From: an uncultured virus (IMG/VR IMGVR_UViG_3300021400_000104)
Taxonomy: Duplodnaviria; Heunggongvirae; Uroviricota; Caudoviricetes
Virus record (IMG/VR): IMGVR_UViG_3300021400_000104
Direction: 5' to 3' (one strand)
Length of the DNA: 61,273 nt
A program made the translations under genes and the position numbers. Position 1 is the first letter of the stretch. Every line of letters begins with the position of its first letter. Below the pieces are notes generated by a model that was given only the letters and a program-made list of their open reading frames with translations, was not told where the DNA came from and made no database searches. This document shows positions 30,414-43,129 of this stretch, piece by piece.

Positions 30414-30890
30414 TTAATCCTCCAACTTATATGCAAAAAACAATACATTATAATTCTTTTCAATTCCTTCAAGAATTTCAGTAACCTTATTCCAGTCTCC
30501 GCCGGCAAGTCCACAACCAATACCATAAGGAATAGCAATACAAAGTTGTAGTCCATCCTCTTTCATTGTATCATTTTGAATAGCCTTTACTGCGTCTATA
30601 ATAGCAGACTTTAATGCATTATAATTAGTATAGATTCCACTTCTTCCATAATAGAACTGCCCAAAAAGATTGATGATAGTCTTACCGTCCTGGGCTTTAA
30701 ACCAGGTAGAAGTTCCTAGTAAATCTTCTTTCCCATTTAATCTAATATCTTCTTGATATTGACTATAAAGTCCAGGATACTTATTTCTAAGTGCTTTTGC
30801 TACGCCGGCACCCATTACTCCCTGACAATTAACTTGATGGGCAATAAATTGAAGTTGAGTATTTAATAAATTATCTTTAATTATAATCAT
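30414..30890 (-). CDS. macrodomain ADP-ribose-processing protein
   Basis: IAHQVNCQGVMGAGVA, NLFGQ, PYGIGCGLAGGDW. Confidence 0.88.
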   Translation of the reverse strand: MIIIKDNLLNTQLQFIAHQVNCQGVMGAGVAKALRNKYPGLYSQYQEDIRLNGKEDLLGTSTWFKAQDGKTIINLFGQFYYGRSGIYTNYNALKSAIIDAVKAIQNDTMKEDGLQLCIAIPYGIGCGLAGGDWNKVTEILEGIEKNYNVLFFAYKLED

Positions 30891-31080
30891 TTAGCTTCCT
30901 CCAATTAGTGAATAATAAAGGCAGATTCCCGCAGCACTATAAAATATACCACAAAGCCATTCAGCTCTCATAACTTTATTTTCATCTTTTTCATCGTGAA
31001 TTACACACACAAAATATCCTCCAATAAAATAAAGTATTACTGCAATACTAAAATGAATAAGAAAAAACATAGCTCCTCCT

Positions 31081-31635
31081 TTAATTCAATAAACATAAAT
31101 ATTTCCAAATATCTATCCAATTATAAACTCTTTTAAAATCAGGTGTTTCATCTTGATTCCTATTCCACGGATAATCATAACACAAACTAATATAAGTTCT
31201 TTCCCCAAGGAGATTATCAAGACAATCATCTATAAGAAAATCCACATTAAGCAATTGTTTTCGTTTAAGACTAACTGCATTATGCTGGACATAACCTTCT
31301 GGAAAGAAATCTAAATTCCGTTCCAAAAAAGATATTTTCTTTCTAAAATTATTTGCAGTTGTTGCCGTTACAAAATAAATTTCATGGCCTTCATTATATA
31401 ATTTTCTAATGACTTGCCGCGCGCCATTAATCATTTTAACATTCTTCCACATATCACTCTGTTCAAAGGCAAGCGGTACAATCCAGCGATACTCTTCGGG
31501 AAGAGCTTTTTCCATCCAATATTCTTTTATATCTTCCATTTTTAAATTAACTGTCGGGATTCTTTCATTAATATAATTAATTACACATTCTGCTGTGTTA
31601 CATATCACATTATCAACATCGAAAGCTATTCTCAC
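31081..31635 (-). CDS. HAD-family 5'(3')-deoxyribonucleotidase
   Basis: DVDNV, FVTA, LIDD, PWN. Confidence 0.85.
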   Translation of the reverse strand: MRIAFDVDNVICNTAECVINYINERIPTVNLKMEDIKEYWMEKALPEEYRWIVPLAFEQSDMWKNVKMINGARQVIRKLYNEGHEIYFVTATTANNFRKKISFLERNLDFFPEGYVQHNAVSLKRKQLLNVDFLIDDCLDNLLGERTYISLCYDYPWNRNQDETPDFKRVYNWIDIWKYLCLLN

Positions 31636-31687
31636 TAATTAATGCCCTCCTTTATCGAGGAATAGAATTAATCCTACTAAGAGGGTT

Positions 31688-32101
31688 TCACTCGTCGTCC
31701 TCATCCTCATCATCATAGTCCTCCGCTGGTCTTTCATTAAGAACAAAGGTTGCCTGCCCCTTATCAGTCTCATAAAACTTACGGAGATTGAACCATTTAT
31801 CCTCAATAATATTACCAATTTCGTCAATGGTACTGCCCCATCCCTCAAGTTTAACACGAATAAGTTTACCGGGTAAGTCTTCCCACCTTTCAACGCCCAC
31901 AGTGTCCATAATCTTCATCATGGCAACGATGGCTGAGCCATTGCCTTTCCACTCATGGGCACCAAGGTGCCCTATTCCATTTACCCACTGACCAACATTA
32001 CAGTGCCAGTTCTTTCCCTATACACCGAAAGAGATACACAATACTCCATGATCAGTCATTGAAATTGAAGTTGAAATAATTTTTGCATTTTCAATCGTCA
32101 T
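31688..32101 (-). CDS. hypothetical protein (one TAG)
   Basis: MTIENAKI...(Q)...VGVERWEDL.GK.IRV in one frame. Confidence 0.65.
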
Positions 32102-32689
32102 TCCTCTGTTCCTCCTTTTCTCTTTCATCATGTGGACAATAAATTTCTTCAAATCCTAAGTAAAAAGCATTATATTTGCTATAAAAAATGCTCTCTTTTG
32201 ATATGGGAAAACCATAAAGATAGTCTGTACATTATCAATATCAAATGCTATCTTCATAAGAATTTATAACTTCCAAAGTGTCAAAAGTGTCAAAAGTTTT
32301 TTGAGCTGAATTTTCATAACCTTGCGCAATAGAAATAATCCCACATAAAATAGCTATAATAATAGAGATATAATTCATTACTCGGCGTCTTTTTGATTCG
32401 TGCATATACATTTCTGGTAGGAATATTCTAGCAATTATTTCAATACCTGCTATAAAAAGCAAGAGAATTCCAGCAAAAATCTACCTATTCATTTATTTAT
32501 TATATCCTCCTTTTATTTTCTATAATAATTATACTATAAATAATAATAAAAGTCAATATAAAAATAAATTGGGGACAACCTTAGTCATCCCCATTTATAA
32601 TTACTTCTCCTCAAAAGGTTCGAAATCTTCTTCTTCCTTCTTTTTGAACTTCTTTAAGTAAGGAACAAAAGCCCTCACTTTGTTTTAAG

Positions 32690-33031
32690 TTATGCGGCTG
32701 AACGAGAATAATATTTATTCTATTCAAAAACAGGTGCGCCGGTTCCAGCAGGAATTAATTCATACTCATTTTCTGAACCAGCTTTCTTTTGATAATAAGT
32801 TACATATGAAGTCGACCAATCCTATGGGGCTTCTGTAAGAACAGTATAAATATACTTTGGTTCTGGCTCTGGTTTACTGCGTTCAACTTCTTCAAGCATT
32901 GTCGCATAAGCCTTAACGTCTGCCGCTCCGTACATTTCCTACTTATTTACCCTCACATTAGTAGATGTAGAACGCATTTGAAGTCTATCCCAAGGACGAC
33001 TAAGGTCTGGTTCAAACTTAGCCTAATACAT
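32690..33031 (-). CDS. small TAG-rich protein, not in the ORF track
   Basis: ATG at 33031 with GGAGG RBS, four TAGs, TAA at 32690; preceded by a class-2 promoter motif. Confidence 0.65.
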
Positions 33032-33284
33032 TAACTATCCCTCCCTATTCTTTAGATTAAAACAGGAATAACCCGTTCAAAAATTAAGTAGAATAGAGGA
33101 ATAAAATCTTTTAATTTTTAGACATTCCTTGGAATAGAAGTCTTTTCAATAGTGAGAATTGCAAAAGGCGTATTATACCGCTGTGCCGCTTCATGAGCTG
33201 AAGCAGCATCAGTATAGGTTGCAATAAGTTCCTTCTTATCATATAAAGTTCTATATACATTATAATAAACTTTCTTTTCCATTG

Positions 33285-33796
33285 TTACTCTCCAAATATA
33301 AGGGTTGAAGCCTTTGTAGTCATAGCTTCGAAAATTTTCTCTAAATACTTATTAGCTTCTTCCGTCGTAGGAACATATTCTACAAGAGGAATTTCTTGAC
33401 CATTAGCATAAAGATAAATAGTCTGTTTTCCAAATACATATCCATAGAAAACTTCAACAAATTGACTTGTATCAATGATAACACCTGTATATTTAGAATA
33501 AATAATCATTCAACATACCTCCTAATTCTATCCCACTCATTATTAAGTTGAGCACAAAATCTCTCACAAATATTTTTATCCTTAAAGGTCACAAATATAT
33601 ACCCCTCTCGCCCGCACAACTCGCCCCCATTTGCACGAAGATACTTCAAATAATCTGGATATGTCATATGAAGAAGTCGCGCTGGTAGAACATTAAAAGA
33701 GCAACCGCACGAGTTTTTTCCTGCAGCCCAATCAAGTTCATCCACGCTAATACGCCAATTGGTTTCATCACAGTTAGATACCGAAATAAATTTCAT
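33285..33796 (-). other. two hypothetical ORFs
   Basis: 33285-33509, 33506-33796. Confidence 0.55.
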
Positions 33797-33914
33797 ATTT
33801 CTCTCCTTTAATCATAACAATGCCCAAAACCATGCCTTGTCCCATTATCATCATCACAATGTCCAGCCATTCTAACTCTTGCCTTTACAAGCATTCTAAT
33901 AAATTTCGTAAACA

Positions 33915-34769
33915 TTAAATCCACCCCTTTTCCAAAGAGCCATCTTCATAGATAACTCCAAATTTATTATCAGGTTTTCTAAAAAGTGTAAGCAAAGCCT
34001 TACAACCATCCGCCGCCGAAGCCTTTAATGTTTCTTCACAAAGAAAACAAGACCTCTTTAAAAGTAATGGCGTATGAAAATTAGGTATAATTTTACTCAT
34101 ATCTACATATGTTTGACATCCATGAGAAAATGGAGAGTCTAATTTAATTCCAAAAATTTTCTCAAAAGAAACAAAGTATTTTGCGCCATGTTGGATTTCA
34201 GAGAGTTTAATTGAATTAAATCCCATAGCATCATAGTAAGACAAACAAGCAATTAAATCTTCTTTTATATAAAGATACGGCTTAACAATATTAAGATTAA
34301 TTCTAATCTTTTCTTTATAAGGCAAACAAGCATAAAAAGCCTGCCTATCATATTGAGACTTTGTTTTTCTAATCTCATCTGCAATGTCTTCTTTATAATG
34401 CTGTGCGCTAATATTAAAACCATCAAGAATAGATAAAAGCTCAATAAATTTTTCACGATTATCATAACAAATTTTAGGGACAGAAGAAGTTACATAAACC
34501 TTCAAATTAGACTGCGCCTTAATTTTCTTTACACACTCTAAAAGCTCATCAAGAAAAAGGCAAGGTTCGCCACCAAGAAAAAGAATATCATCAAGTCCAT
34601 CTTTATTGAATAAAATTGTCTTTACAATTGCATCAACATTTGGCTTAATAATCTTCTTTCCTTCGTAGCAAGCATCAACGCAATGGGCACACTTATTATC
34701 ACATGCGCTTGTAAAATGAACGTCAAAAGAATTATAAATTCCATCGCAACAATTACACTTTAATTTCAT
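33915..34769 (-). CDS. radical SAM protein
   Basis: CDNKCAHC (CxxxCxxC), GGEP. Confidence 0.85.
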   Translation of the reverse strand: MKLKCNCCDGIYNSFDVHFTSACDNKCAHCVDACYEGKKIIKPNVDAIVKTILFNKDGLDDILFLGGEPCLFLDELLECVKKIKAQSNLKVYVTSSVPKICYDNREKFIELLSILDGFNISAQHYKEDIADEIRKTKSQYDRQAFYACLPYKEKIRINLNIVKPYLYIKEDLIACLSYYDAMGFNSIKLSEIQHGAKYFVSFEKIFGIKLDSPFSHGCQTYVDMSKIIPNFHTPLLLKRSCFLCEETLKASAADGCKALLTLFRKPDNKFGVIYEDGSLEKGWI

Positions 34770-35071
34770 ATATAAATCTCCTTTTGCAGCTCCCGCATTT
34801 CTTCCCACTCGTTCTTTCCGAGCATACACAGTTCGCACAGACGGGCGCCGGGGTCATCAAATGTTTTGAAAATATCAATTAACCATGCAGAATCACCGAC
34901 ATACCCCTCAAAGGTATATATCTTGCGTTCCTTTTTAGAAACATAATTAGGAATTATATATTTAGAAACGGTTGAAGGAGAACATCCGATAATCTCTGCA
35001 ACTCTCTTTTTTACACCAATTTCGAGATAAAGATCATTAATCTGCTCTGCAATTTCAGGTGTTATTTTCAT
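34766..35071 (-). CDS. helix-turn-helix protein
   Basis: VAEIIGCSPSTVSKY. Confidence 0.65.
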   Translation of the reverse strand: MKITPEIAEQINDLYLEIGVKKRVAEIIGCSPSTVSKYIIPNYVSKKERKIYTFEGYVGDSAWLIDIFKTFDDPGARLCELCMLGKNEWEEMRELQKEIYI

Positions 35072-36154
35072 TATACTGCCACAAACCTTTCTGGTAATTC
35101 ACCACTATTCATCATTTCAAAAAGAACGTCATACATCTTCTTACGGAGACCCGTGGGCATATCCATCCGAATTTCATTAACAAAATCAATATAAAAAGTA
35201 CAATAACGAGATAAGTATCCATCTTTAAAAGCCAAATAAATATGATGAGAAGGAAAACCAGTATTATTTGACACAACTTCTGCTAAATCTTCTAAATAGC
35301 ACACAGGTAAATATTCAAATTCAATTTTCATAATACATCTCCTTTATCCTTCATCAAGAACCTTTTTCTTACAGAAAGGACAAATAGCATATTTTCCAAT
35401 CCATTTATTAAATTGAACTTCTCCCTTATCTATATCAGCTTCCCATTTACATCCACACCAGTAACATTCAAAAATCATAATGCGAGGTTTTTTAATTGAA
35501 GTTTTCTTTAATTTCTCTTCTGAGCCTTGTCTTAAAATTTTCATTCTACTCCACCTTTAAATAATATCTACGTTCCTCTTACAGAAAGGACATTTCACCC
35601 ACATACTTCCTTCGCGCTAATCAGATTGAATTTCTCTATCGCCTTGCGCTACTTCAAACTAACAATCACATACATCACAAGTTAAAATATAAATTTCCTT
35701 ATGTTTTACTCTATACTCACGAATTTTTTCTTTAGAACCTTCTCGTAAAATCTCCATTTTTATTCCTCCTTATTCCATATACCAATCATAGATAATAATT
35801 ACTTTGTCCTTGAAAGATACAATTAAGTTTTCTCCATATTTATCAGCAATAATTTTTCCGAATTCAAAGAATGCTTTTTCATCAGGGAAGACAATGTTTT
35901 TCCATGAAGTATGATATATAGGATCGCTATCTTCTTCTATTTCAAACTGATTCAGTACTTCTTTATACAACTCCCAGTCTTCAGACGCTACACGAAGTTC
36001 AAACTTCATTCTATCCCTCCTTTAATTCTATTATAATTATATCATGATTTCTTAAAAAAGTCAAATAAATAATGCCGCAATCCATAAGTTTATAAATTGC
36101 GGCATTGTTTTATTTTAAAATAACTTTTTCAATTCAAGAAAAGTATGTGTCAGT

Positions 36155-36724
36155 TTAATAAAAATATTTCGTTCCACAATAATCACATTGATATGGATTT
36201 TCCATAATAGCACCGCAACATTCACACTTCATCGGCTTGGGAATTCTTTCGGAATAAGAGTAAGGCGCTGAAGCGGTAATCTCAATTTTTGGAATATCAT
36301 CTATTTTATACTGATACCAGCAATCCCCATTCCACATATAAACACCATGACCTTTATAAGTAATGATGTCTCCAGGCTCCGGTTTTATTTCTTTCCCATT
36401 TACTATTACACTTCCTTTTTTTGGATTTAATATAGAAACGCCCAAATAAGAACATGAAGTAATAAGAGGTGTTACCTTATCGTCCAAGAAATCATCCGCC
36501 CTTTCGTTTATTACTTCCGCAATTTTTGTAATCTTCTTAGGAAGTCCTTCATAATCAAGAGAATCAACGGTAAACTTAAACCATATCTTACCTGTACCCT
36601 TTTTCAAAATTAAAATTTTATACCTAAAATATAACATGTCATAGCCAACCGCAGTCTCTAAAAATGGATAAATATCTTCGGAAATTTGAAACCGAAGTCT
36701 TTCTTCTAAGTTTAACTCCTGCAT
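36155..36724 (-). CDS. hypothetical protein with C-terminal zinc ribbon
   Basis: CECCGA...CDYCG. Confidence 0.6.
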   Translation of the reverse strand: MQELNLEERLRFQISEDIYPFLETAVGYDMLYFRYKILILKKGTGKIWFKFTVDSLDYEGLPKKITKIAEVINERADDFLDDKVTPLITSCSYLGVSILNPKKGSVIVNGKEIKPEPGDIITYKGHGVYMWNGDCWYQYKIDDIPKIEITASAPYSYSERIPKPMKCECCGAIMENPYQCDYCGTKYFY

Positions 36725-37422
36725 AGTCTTTCCTTTCCATCTATAATCTCATAGATATTATTATAAAGACAATGGCAATCTTCTCTTAGCCATCTGTCTT
36801 GATGATAATGACCAAAATAAAAACGTCTAAATTCTGCAACTCTTAAAATTTCATCAAGCTCTCTATCTGAAGGAGAAGGCTTAAAGTTTGGGCTTATCAT
36901 TATAGTATTATAAGAGCCACCAGTATGAGCAAAAAGAAAATCTATCTTATTATCATATTCATAGAGTTTAAATTTTGCTTTTACAATAGCCTCATGAGAT
37001 ATTCTTTCATCGGCCCACCAATTAACACCAGCTTTCCTAATTTCCATGTCATGAGAATCTGCCCCATTTATTGCCAAACATCTATATCCTGCAATATTAT
37101 AAACTTCTCCTGTTATAGTATAAAATACATGTGGAGTTACTTGATAAACCATTCCACCCCATTTCTCTACAATCGGAAGACTAAAAAGAATATCATAGTT
37201 TTCATGATTCCCAGCGACAGAAAGCGTCGTATAATTTTTATTTTCATGCCACTCTTGAATATATTTATCTTGTTTACCACCATCCCAACATACGCCAAAA
37301 TCACCCATAATAACAACAACGTCATCACGAGTTAATTCTTTTTGGTCAGGAAAATTTTTAGTATTTAATTTATAAAGATCATAGTCTCCATGACAATCCC
37401 CTGTCACAAAAAGCCTAGGCAC
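36712..37422 (-). CDS. calcineurin-like metallophosphoesterase
   Basis: GDCHG, GDFG, GNHE, GHYH. Confidence 0.88.
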   Translation of the reverse strand: MPRLFVTGDCHGDYDLYKLNTKNFPDQKELTRDDVVVIMGDFGVCWDGGKQDKYIQEWHENKNYTTLSVAGNHENYDILFSLPIVEKWGGMVYQVTPHVFYTITGEVYNIAGYRCLAINGADSHDMEIRKAGVNWWADERISHEAIVKAKFKLYEYDNKIDFLFAHTGGSYNTIMISPNFKPSPSDRELDEILRVAEFRRFYFGHYHQDRWLREDCHCLYNNIYEIIDGKERLCRS

Positions 37423-37426
37423 AAAA

Positions 37427-38179
37427 TCACCTCAAATCTAAAAGATATAAAGTTTCAGTAACTGCTACCCCTTCTCCTTGTCCTATAGTTCTTTTTACAT
37501 CTTTCTACCAAACTACCTGTGCCGGCACAGTGTCTGGAATAAATTGTTCACTAATAAAAATCGGAGTAGTCTTTGCTGTCTTTACTAGCCATTCATAATA
37601 TTCGTCAAAAGAAAAATTCTTATTAACTCCATACATTTTAGTTCCATAATATGGAGCATCGCAATAAATCAAACTATTCGGTAAGATTTCTACTTCATTA
37701 TATTTACCGGAGGTAAAATGCGTTTTTTGATATGTAGGAGTTAAACTCTATCTTTTAAGATTATTATATCTTTCCTAAAATAAATCCCGCCCCGTGCATT
37801 TAACTCCGTATCCACCGGGAAAACCTCTTCCATTATAACCGGCAAACCATTCAATAGCTCCAATTTCTGCTAATGGAATCTAAGGATTCTAAAAATTATT
37901 ATCTTTAATTCTCTTGTATTCAGAATAACATCTATCCCATTGTTCTCTAGATCTATCAGTGCAAATCATTGAATAATCCTTTTGCGCTGTCTAATGAAGA
38001 GCAATTAATGTTGGAGATAAATCATTTGCATAAATATTCTCACACTCTACATTTACGCCAATATTAAAACCGCCGCACATTAAGTCATAAAAATTTTCTA
38101 TATTATGTTCCTTAATATAATAATTAATATAAGGAACAATACTCTTAGCTAATCGCTACTTTCCACCCATATATGTCAT
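37427..38179 (-). CDS. Dam-like adenine methyltransferase (TAG-recoded, absent from ORF track)
   Basis: MTYMGGK(Q)RLAK, DLMCGG, IYCDAPY, FISE; ends TGA. Confidence 0.82.
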
Positions 38180-38185
38180 TATTAA

Positions 38186-38443
38186 TCACTCATGAATGTT
38201 TGCTGCATCATCAGCTTCATTGACGATCCACTTATCAAGAAGGAAATAATAGTCCTCGTCAGACTCAATCCATACCTCATCTCCCCATTCAGCAGATGCC
38301 ATGAGACAACCGAGAATAGACTTTGCATTTACACGATACTTACCGTCATGATTGACAAGCGAAATATTCCCATCAAGATTTCCTACTACATTGCAAAACT
38401 CAATACAAGAACGTTCAGTTCCAAGATAAATTCTATTTCTCAT
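38186..38443 (-). CDS. HPr-like protein
   Basis: VNAKSILG (Ser46 motif); no His15 motif. Confidence 0.75.
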   Translation of the reverse strand: MRNRIYLGTERSCIEFCNVVGNLDGNISLVNHDGKYRVNAKSILGCLMASAEWGDEVWIESDEDYYFLLDKWIVNEADDAANIHE

Positions 38444-38589
38444 TAAATATACACTCTCCTTACTTTAAAAACCAATCTGCAAAAATTTTTGAACCTAAAA
38501 AAATAACTACAAATAAAAGTACAATGCCAAGCATCATAGTTTTCCTTTCTTTTATTATATTATAATTATAATATAAAAAATTAAAAAAG

Positions 38590-39252
38590 TCAATATTTCA
38601 ATAATATTTTCTTTTCATACTCTTCACAAATATCGACAATATGCTCACATAACTCAGCTGGAATACGACTCCTTTCAACCGAATTCTTTAGCCCCTATGT
38701 TCCAGTTTTACTTCCTCGTGGTGCTGACTAATGACAAGGCGCTCCATTTTTACACATTGGTTTAAATTGTGGATTTGGATGATTTGTCCAAATATCAGTA
38801 GGTTTCATTCTACTATCTCCATACTAACAATATGTAACAGTATATCGAGGAAGTCCTTGCATCCAGCTCATTTTCCTTAAACCTCCCCGAGGATTTTCAA
38901 TAAAATAAAATTTAGGATGAAGCTCTTTAATTAATTCAAGGCAATGCTAATTAACTTTATCACAAAACTTTGCATAATCGCTAACTGGGTCAAGACTTCC
39001 ATTTTCCTAATTCTTTTTTCTATGATGACTAATCGCAGCAATAGAATAACTTGTACAATCTGGACTCATCCATATTACATCTGGATAACCAAAATTCTCA
39101 ATTATCTATTGTGCTGTAACCTAACCAATATCAGCATATAAATCTATATTTTCAAATTTCTTATCCCACTCAACAGAATAAACCTCATGCCCTTTCGCCT
39201 CAAAAGCCTTCCCAATTGAGCGCGTGCCGGCAAATAATTCAAGAATTTTCAT
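38590..39252 (-). CDS. C5 cytosine DNA methyltransferase-like (TAG-recoded)
   Basis: [19 protein letters not shown]; ends TGA. Confidence 0.78.
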
Positions 39253-39293
39253 TTTATCACCTATTTTATTAGGGTAAGCCAATCTAAATTGAC

Positions 39294-40355
39294 TTACCCA
39301 TTTTTCATATTGTATCCCCAAGTTTCTGATTGATAAAAAGAAGTCCAATATTTTTCTCTTTCCGTTTGCTTCCCTCTATCACATATCTCTACTATTTCCC
39401 AAGTAAAATTTTCAAGCCCTTCTTTAAATAGAGCATCGTATAATTGCCCTTTAATTCGTTCAATTCCGCATCCTCTTTTTGCATGTGTACGCCAACGATC
39501 AATAAATTTAGTTGTTTTACCAATATAAACTTTTTGATTATTTATATTAGTAATTTTATAAATTCCGCCCTTCTCTTTATTTTCTCCAAGAACTCTTTTA
39601 AAAAGCTCTTCCATTAATGTCTTATAATATACCTCATAAAGTATTTTATACAGCACTTCTGGGCGAGAAAAATTTAAAGCTAAAACTTTTAATTGACTAA
39701 TATCCTTTTGAGCCGCGCCGTCAATATTTATATGATAAAAATCAGCTTTCTGTCGTGTCTCTTCATCATGCTTGAATCTCTCGATAATAGCCTTTTGTTT
39801 CTACTCAAAATTTGCTATTTCCTTAGTCAAGGCCTCCTTTTTCATATTTATTTCGGCGCTATATGCTAAAAAATCATTATCTATTTCAGCTCGCTCTTTT
39901 TCATATTCAGCCTTTTTCTTAGAAATTTCATTATTATGTTCTTTTTCAAGAGTTTTAATTTCCGAGCTATATCGAGCTATAAAGTCCTTTTTATTTTGTT
40001 CTTCAACTTCATTTAGCTATTTTTGTCTATTCTCATAAGATTTTTCTAATTCCATATAATTTTTTTCATATATGTTTTTCTTCTCAATAAAAGACTAATC
40101 AAGCTATTGCTCTTGAGCTGCAACTTGAAGCTGTTTTCTTTTAAGCATTTCATAAAGACGCTCTTTTTCTGCTTCAACCTAATCATTTATTTCTTTTGTC
40201 TAAGCATCTTTCTTCTCTTTTAATCCTTGAAGTGCCGCGGCTTGCTTATTTTTAAAATCTAATTTCGGTAATTTAGAATAAGAAAAATTATTAATTAGAA
40301 TAAAAGTAATTATCGCAACTAAAATTCCAATGAGAACTGATACTAAAATAATCAT
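39294..40355 (-). CDS. TM + coiled-coil + GIY-YIG domain protein (TAG-recoded)
   Basis: N-terminal TM helix, long coiled coil with TAGs, GIYKITN..KVYIGK..RW..H. Confidence 0.72.
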
Positions 40356-40372
40356 ATTGCCTCCTCCATTCT

Positions 40373-41305
40373 TTACTTATTAAACATTTCTCTAAATATA
40401 GCTTCAAGAACAGGTACGCAAATACTATTCCCTATTAGTTTCCCATCAACAGTCCTTTTACCAGTTTTACAAGCATCATATTGTTTATCAGTAAAACCCA
40501 TTAATCTAAACTCCTCACGAGTATCTAATCTTCTTAATTTTGTTTTATCCCATACCATTAACCGAGAAGACGTGCAAACAGTTATTGTCGGACAAAAATT
40601 ATAATACTTCGGAAGCCTAGAATTCTTATAAACATTATCTATAATCCAAGTTTTATTTTTATCAGGGATATTTTCAATTACATTTTCAGACATATCCTTA
40701 GTTGGACTAAAAGTCCATTCTGCTAATTCATTATCTTGGCATAAAAATTCTTCTATTTCTGGACATTTTACTTTCTCGGGAAAAACAAAATCTCCTTCAA
40801 ATTGACTAATGACAAAAACTCTTTCTCTATGCTACGGCACTCCATAATTTTTAGCATCCAAAACTTTCCAATAATTTTTATATCCTAATGATTCTAAAAA
40901 TTCCAATTGTTTTTCAAAATCTTTTATAAATTTTTTTGAAACAAGAGCTTTAACATTTTCAAGAAGTAAAAATTTTGGAAGTCTATTTTGTTCTTTAGCT
41001 TTCAATAATAGTCTATTTACCTCATATAAAAGACTACTCTTCTATCCTTCAAATCCTTTTTGAGAACCAGCGCTACTAATATCAGAACAAGGAAAACTAT
41101 AAGTCAATAAATCACACTATGGGAGTTCTTTAATTTTTTTTATATCACCTAAATTAGGAGCATTATTATTATGAATTTTATAATAAGCATTAATTGCGTC
41201 TTTATCAATTTCGCTTATACCAATAACCTAGTGCGGAATATTGAGATTTTCTAATGCCGCGGCCTATGCACCAATTCCAGCAAATAGTTCTATTACTTTA
41301 AGCAT
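40373..41305 (-). CDS. C5 cytosine DNA methyltransferase (TAG-recoded)
   Basis: ELFAGIGA(Q), YSFPCSDIS, LLENV, GVP(Q)HRERVF, GNSI. Confidence 0.9.
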
Positions 41306-41829
41306 TTCTTCTTATCCTCCCGTTCCATCTTATTTACGATATAATTGTCAGATAACAATTCAAATAATACACTATCATGTAAAAACCCATCTAATAACCG
41401 CCCTTTTCGGAGCAAAGTTCCAACCTCTCTACCCCCGTATCTTTTACAAAGTTTCCGATAGGCCTTTATCGTAGGATTATCTGCCCAACACCACCAATCC
41501 ATTCTATTTAAGTGATATTTACAAAAGATGTCATCAACAACTTGAAGAATATCTCTAGCAAAAATAATTGACCCGCCATCGTTATAACTAAGAGCAAAAA
41601 ATCCAGATGCAGATTTAGCAACCCAATCAACTTCATATCCAATTGTGCCAACGAGCTCTTCAGTTTTCGGATCAATACTTGCAAAAGTATGACATTCCCA
41701 TATTGAATCAGGGGCTTGGAAATCTGTACATCCAACCCCTCCATTCACATACTAATATCTTAAATCATACCAAGTATTTCTCATTGCCTATCTAATTTCA
41801 TTCTCGTACATCTTCGCACTTCTTAACAT
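41293..41829 (-). CDS. GNAT/RimJ-like acetyltransferase (TAG-recoded)
   Basis: ATG at 41829; F.KYHLNRM...NP...Y.K...GGREVG...DG..HD. Confidence 0.6.
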
Positions 41830-42075
41830 CTTTATCCTCCTCAGAAAAAATTTTTCCCATTTTTTCTTTTATACCTTCTTCAGCATCATTCTCAAAAATC
41901 TCTGAAGTCTAATTCAATCCATCTAAATATCCATTCCAATAGCATAGCTCGTGGAGAGAAGACGCAATTGCTCCAAAATAATTATTTTCTTTATAAAATT
42001 GAATTGCTGCTGAAATTTCCTATTTTCTATGTCTTGCATGATTTCTTAGATAACTAATTTTATTGAATTCTTCCA

Positions 42076-42828
42076 TTAGTCCTCCTTCTTATCCGATATG
42101 GGATTAATACCAGCTTCAAAATTTTGTCCAATTTGAATCCATCTTTCCAAAGTTTCTAAATTAGGTCTGCGGCCACAACTATACTTTTCTGGACAATAAT
42201 GTAAGAACTCACATTTAGGAATAAAAATATTTTCTTCTTTTACTAAAGTTTTCCATTCATCTGAATAAAAAGCTAAACTTTCAGCTATGTCATTCATTAA
42301 CTTCTAAAATTCCCAATATGCTCGCGCACAAAGACGCTGATGAGCCATGTCAATTAAATTACGCAAATTGGTTCTTACAATAACCTTAGTTTCCATTCCT
42401 AGAGGAAGAAGCATTGCGCTATCTTCTTTCTTAATTCCAAGTTCTTCTAGTTTTGTAATTGATTCAGAAATTGTTTTCATCATATTTTGATAAATTTCAT
42501 CACAATCTTTATTCTTTTTGATATAAAAAGGTTCAATATACTTAAAAGAAGTTGAATCTACATATCGAGTAGATTCTTGAAGTCTTGTTGGAGATCCGCC
42601 TGTATGTGTATAGTATTCTCTTATAACTCTTGCAGAATATCCCTCAAGTAACATATAAATTTGAGGGAATTCTTCTGTGCGGCCGTGCATATTTCTGATA
42701 CATTCCAATCCACGCTTATAATTGCGTTCATGGTCACTACAGTCAGAACCCCAGCATAGTCCAGAAAGCTCTCCAATTTGTGTAATTGGAATATCAGTTG
42801 TATCTGTTAAAATAATTACTTTACTCAT
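42076..42828 (-). CDS. thyX: FAD-dependent thymidylate synthase
   Basis: SARVIRE.YTH, QESTRY, LLPLG, NLRNL...RLC.RAYWE(F)(Q); joined through TAG at 42304. Confidence 0.88.
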
Positions 42829-42841
42829 TATTTCCTCCTTC

Positions 42842-43129
42842 TTATTCATTAGAATAAACAAGTTTTTTCCCACAATATATCTATTTTACTTGATTCTTGC
42901 CATAATAAAAATCATTTGGCTAAATTTTTCCAAAATAAATATTATTAATTCCAAGCTCCTTATACGGTATTGGCTCAATAGTATAAGGCAATCCATTAAG
43001 AACATTATCTGACCAATTCCAGACGGTCTTGATGCCGTTGATGCTATATGGCGCGGGCGGCTCCACGGTGTAGGGGAGGCCGTCCAGGACGCTGTCGTCC
43101 CGCGTCCAGGGATCATGCTGCCACGTCAT
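42842..43129 (-). CDS. small putative tail-associated protein with internal repeat (TAG-recoded)
   Basis: W..D.VL.GLPYT.EP twice; continues through TAG to TAA at 42842. Confidence 0.6.
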
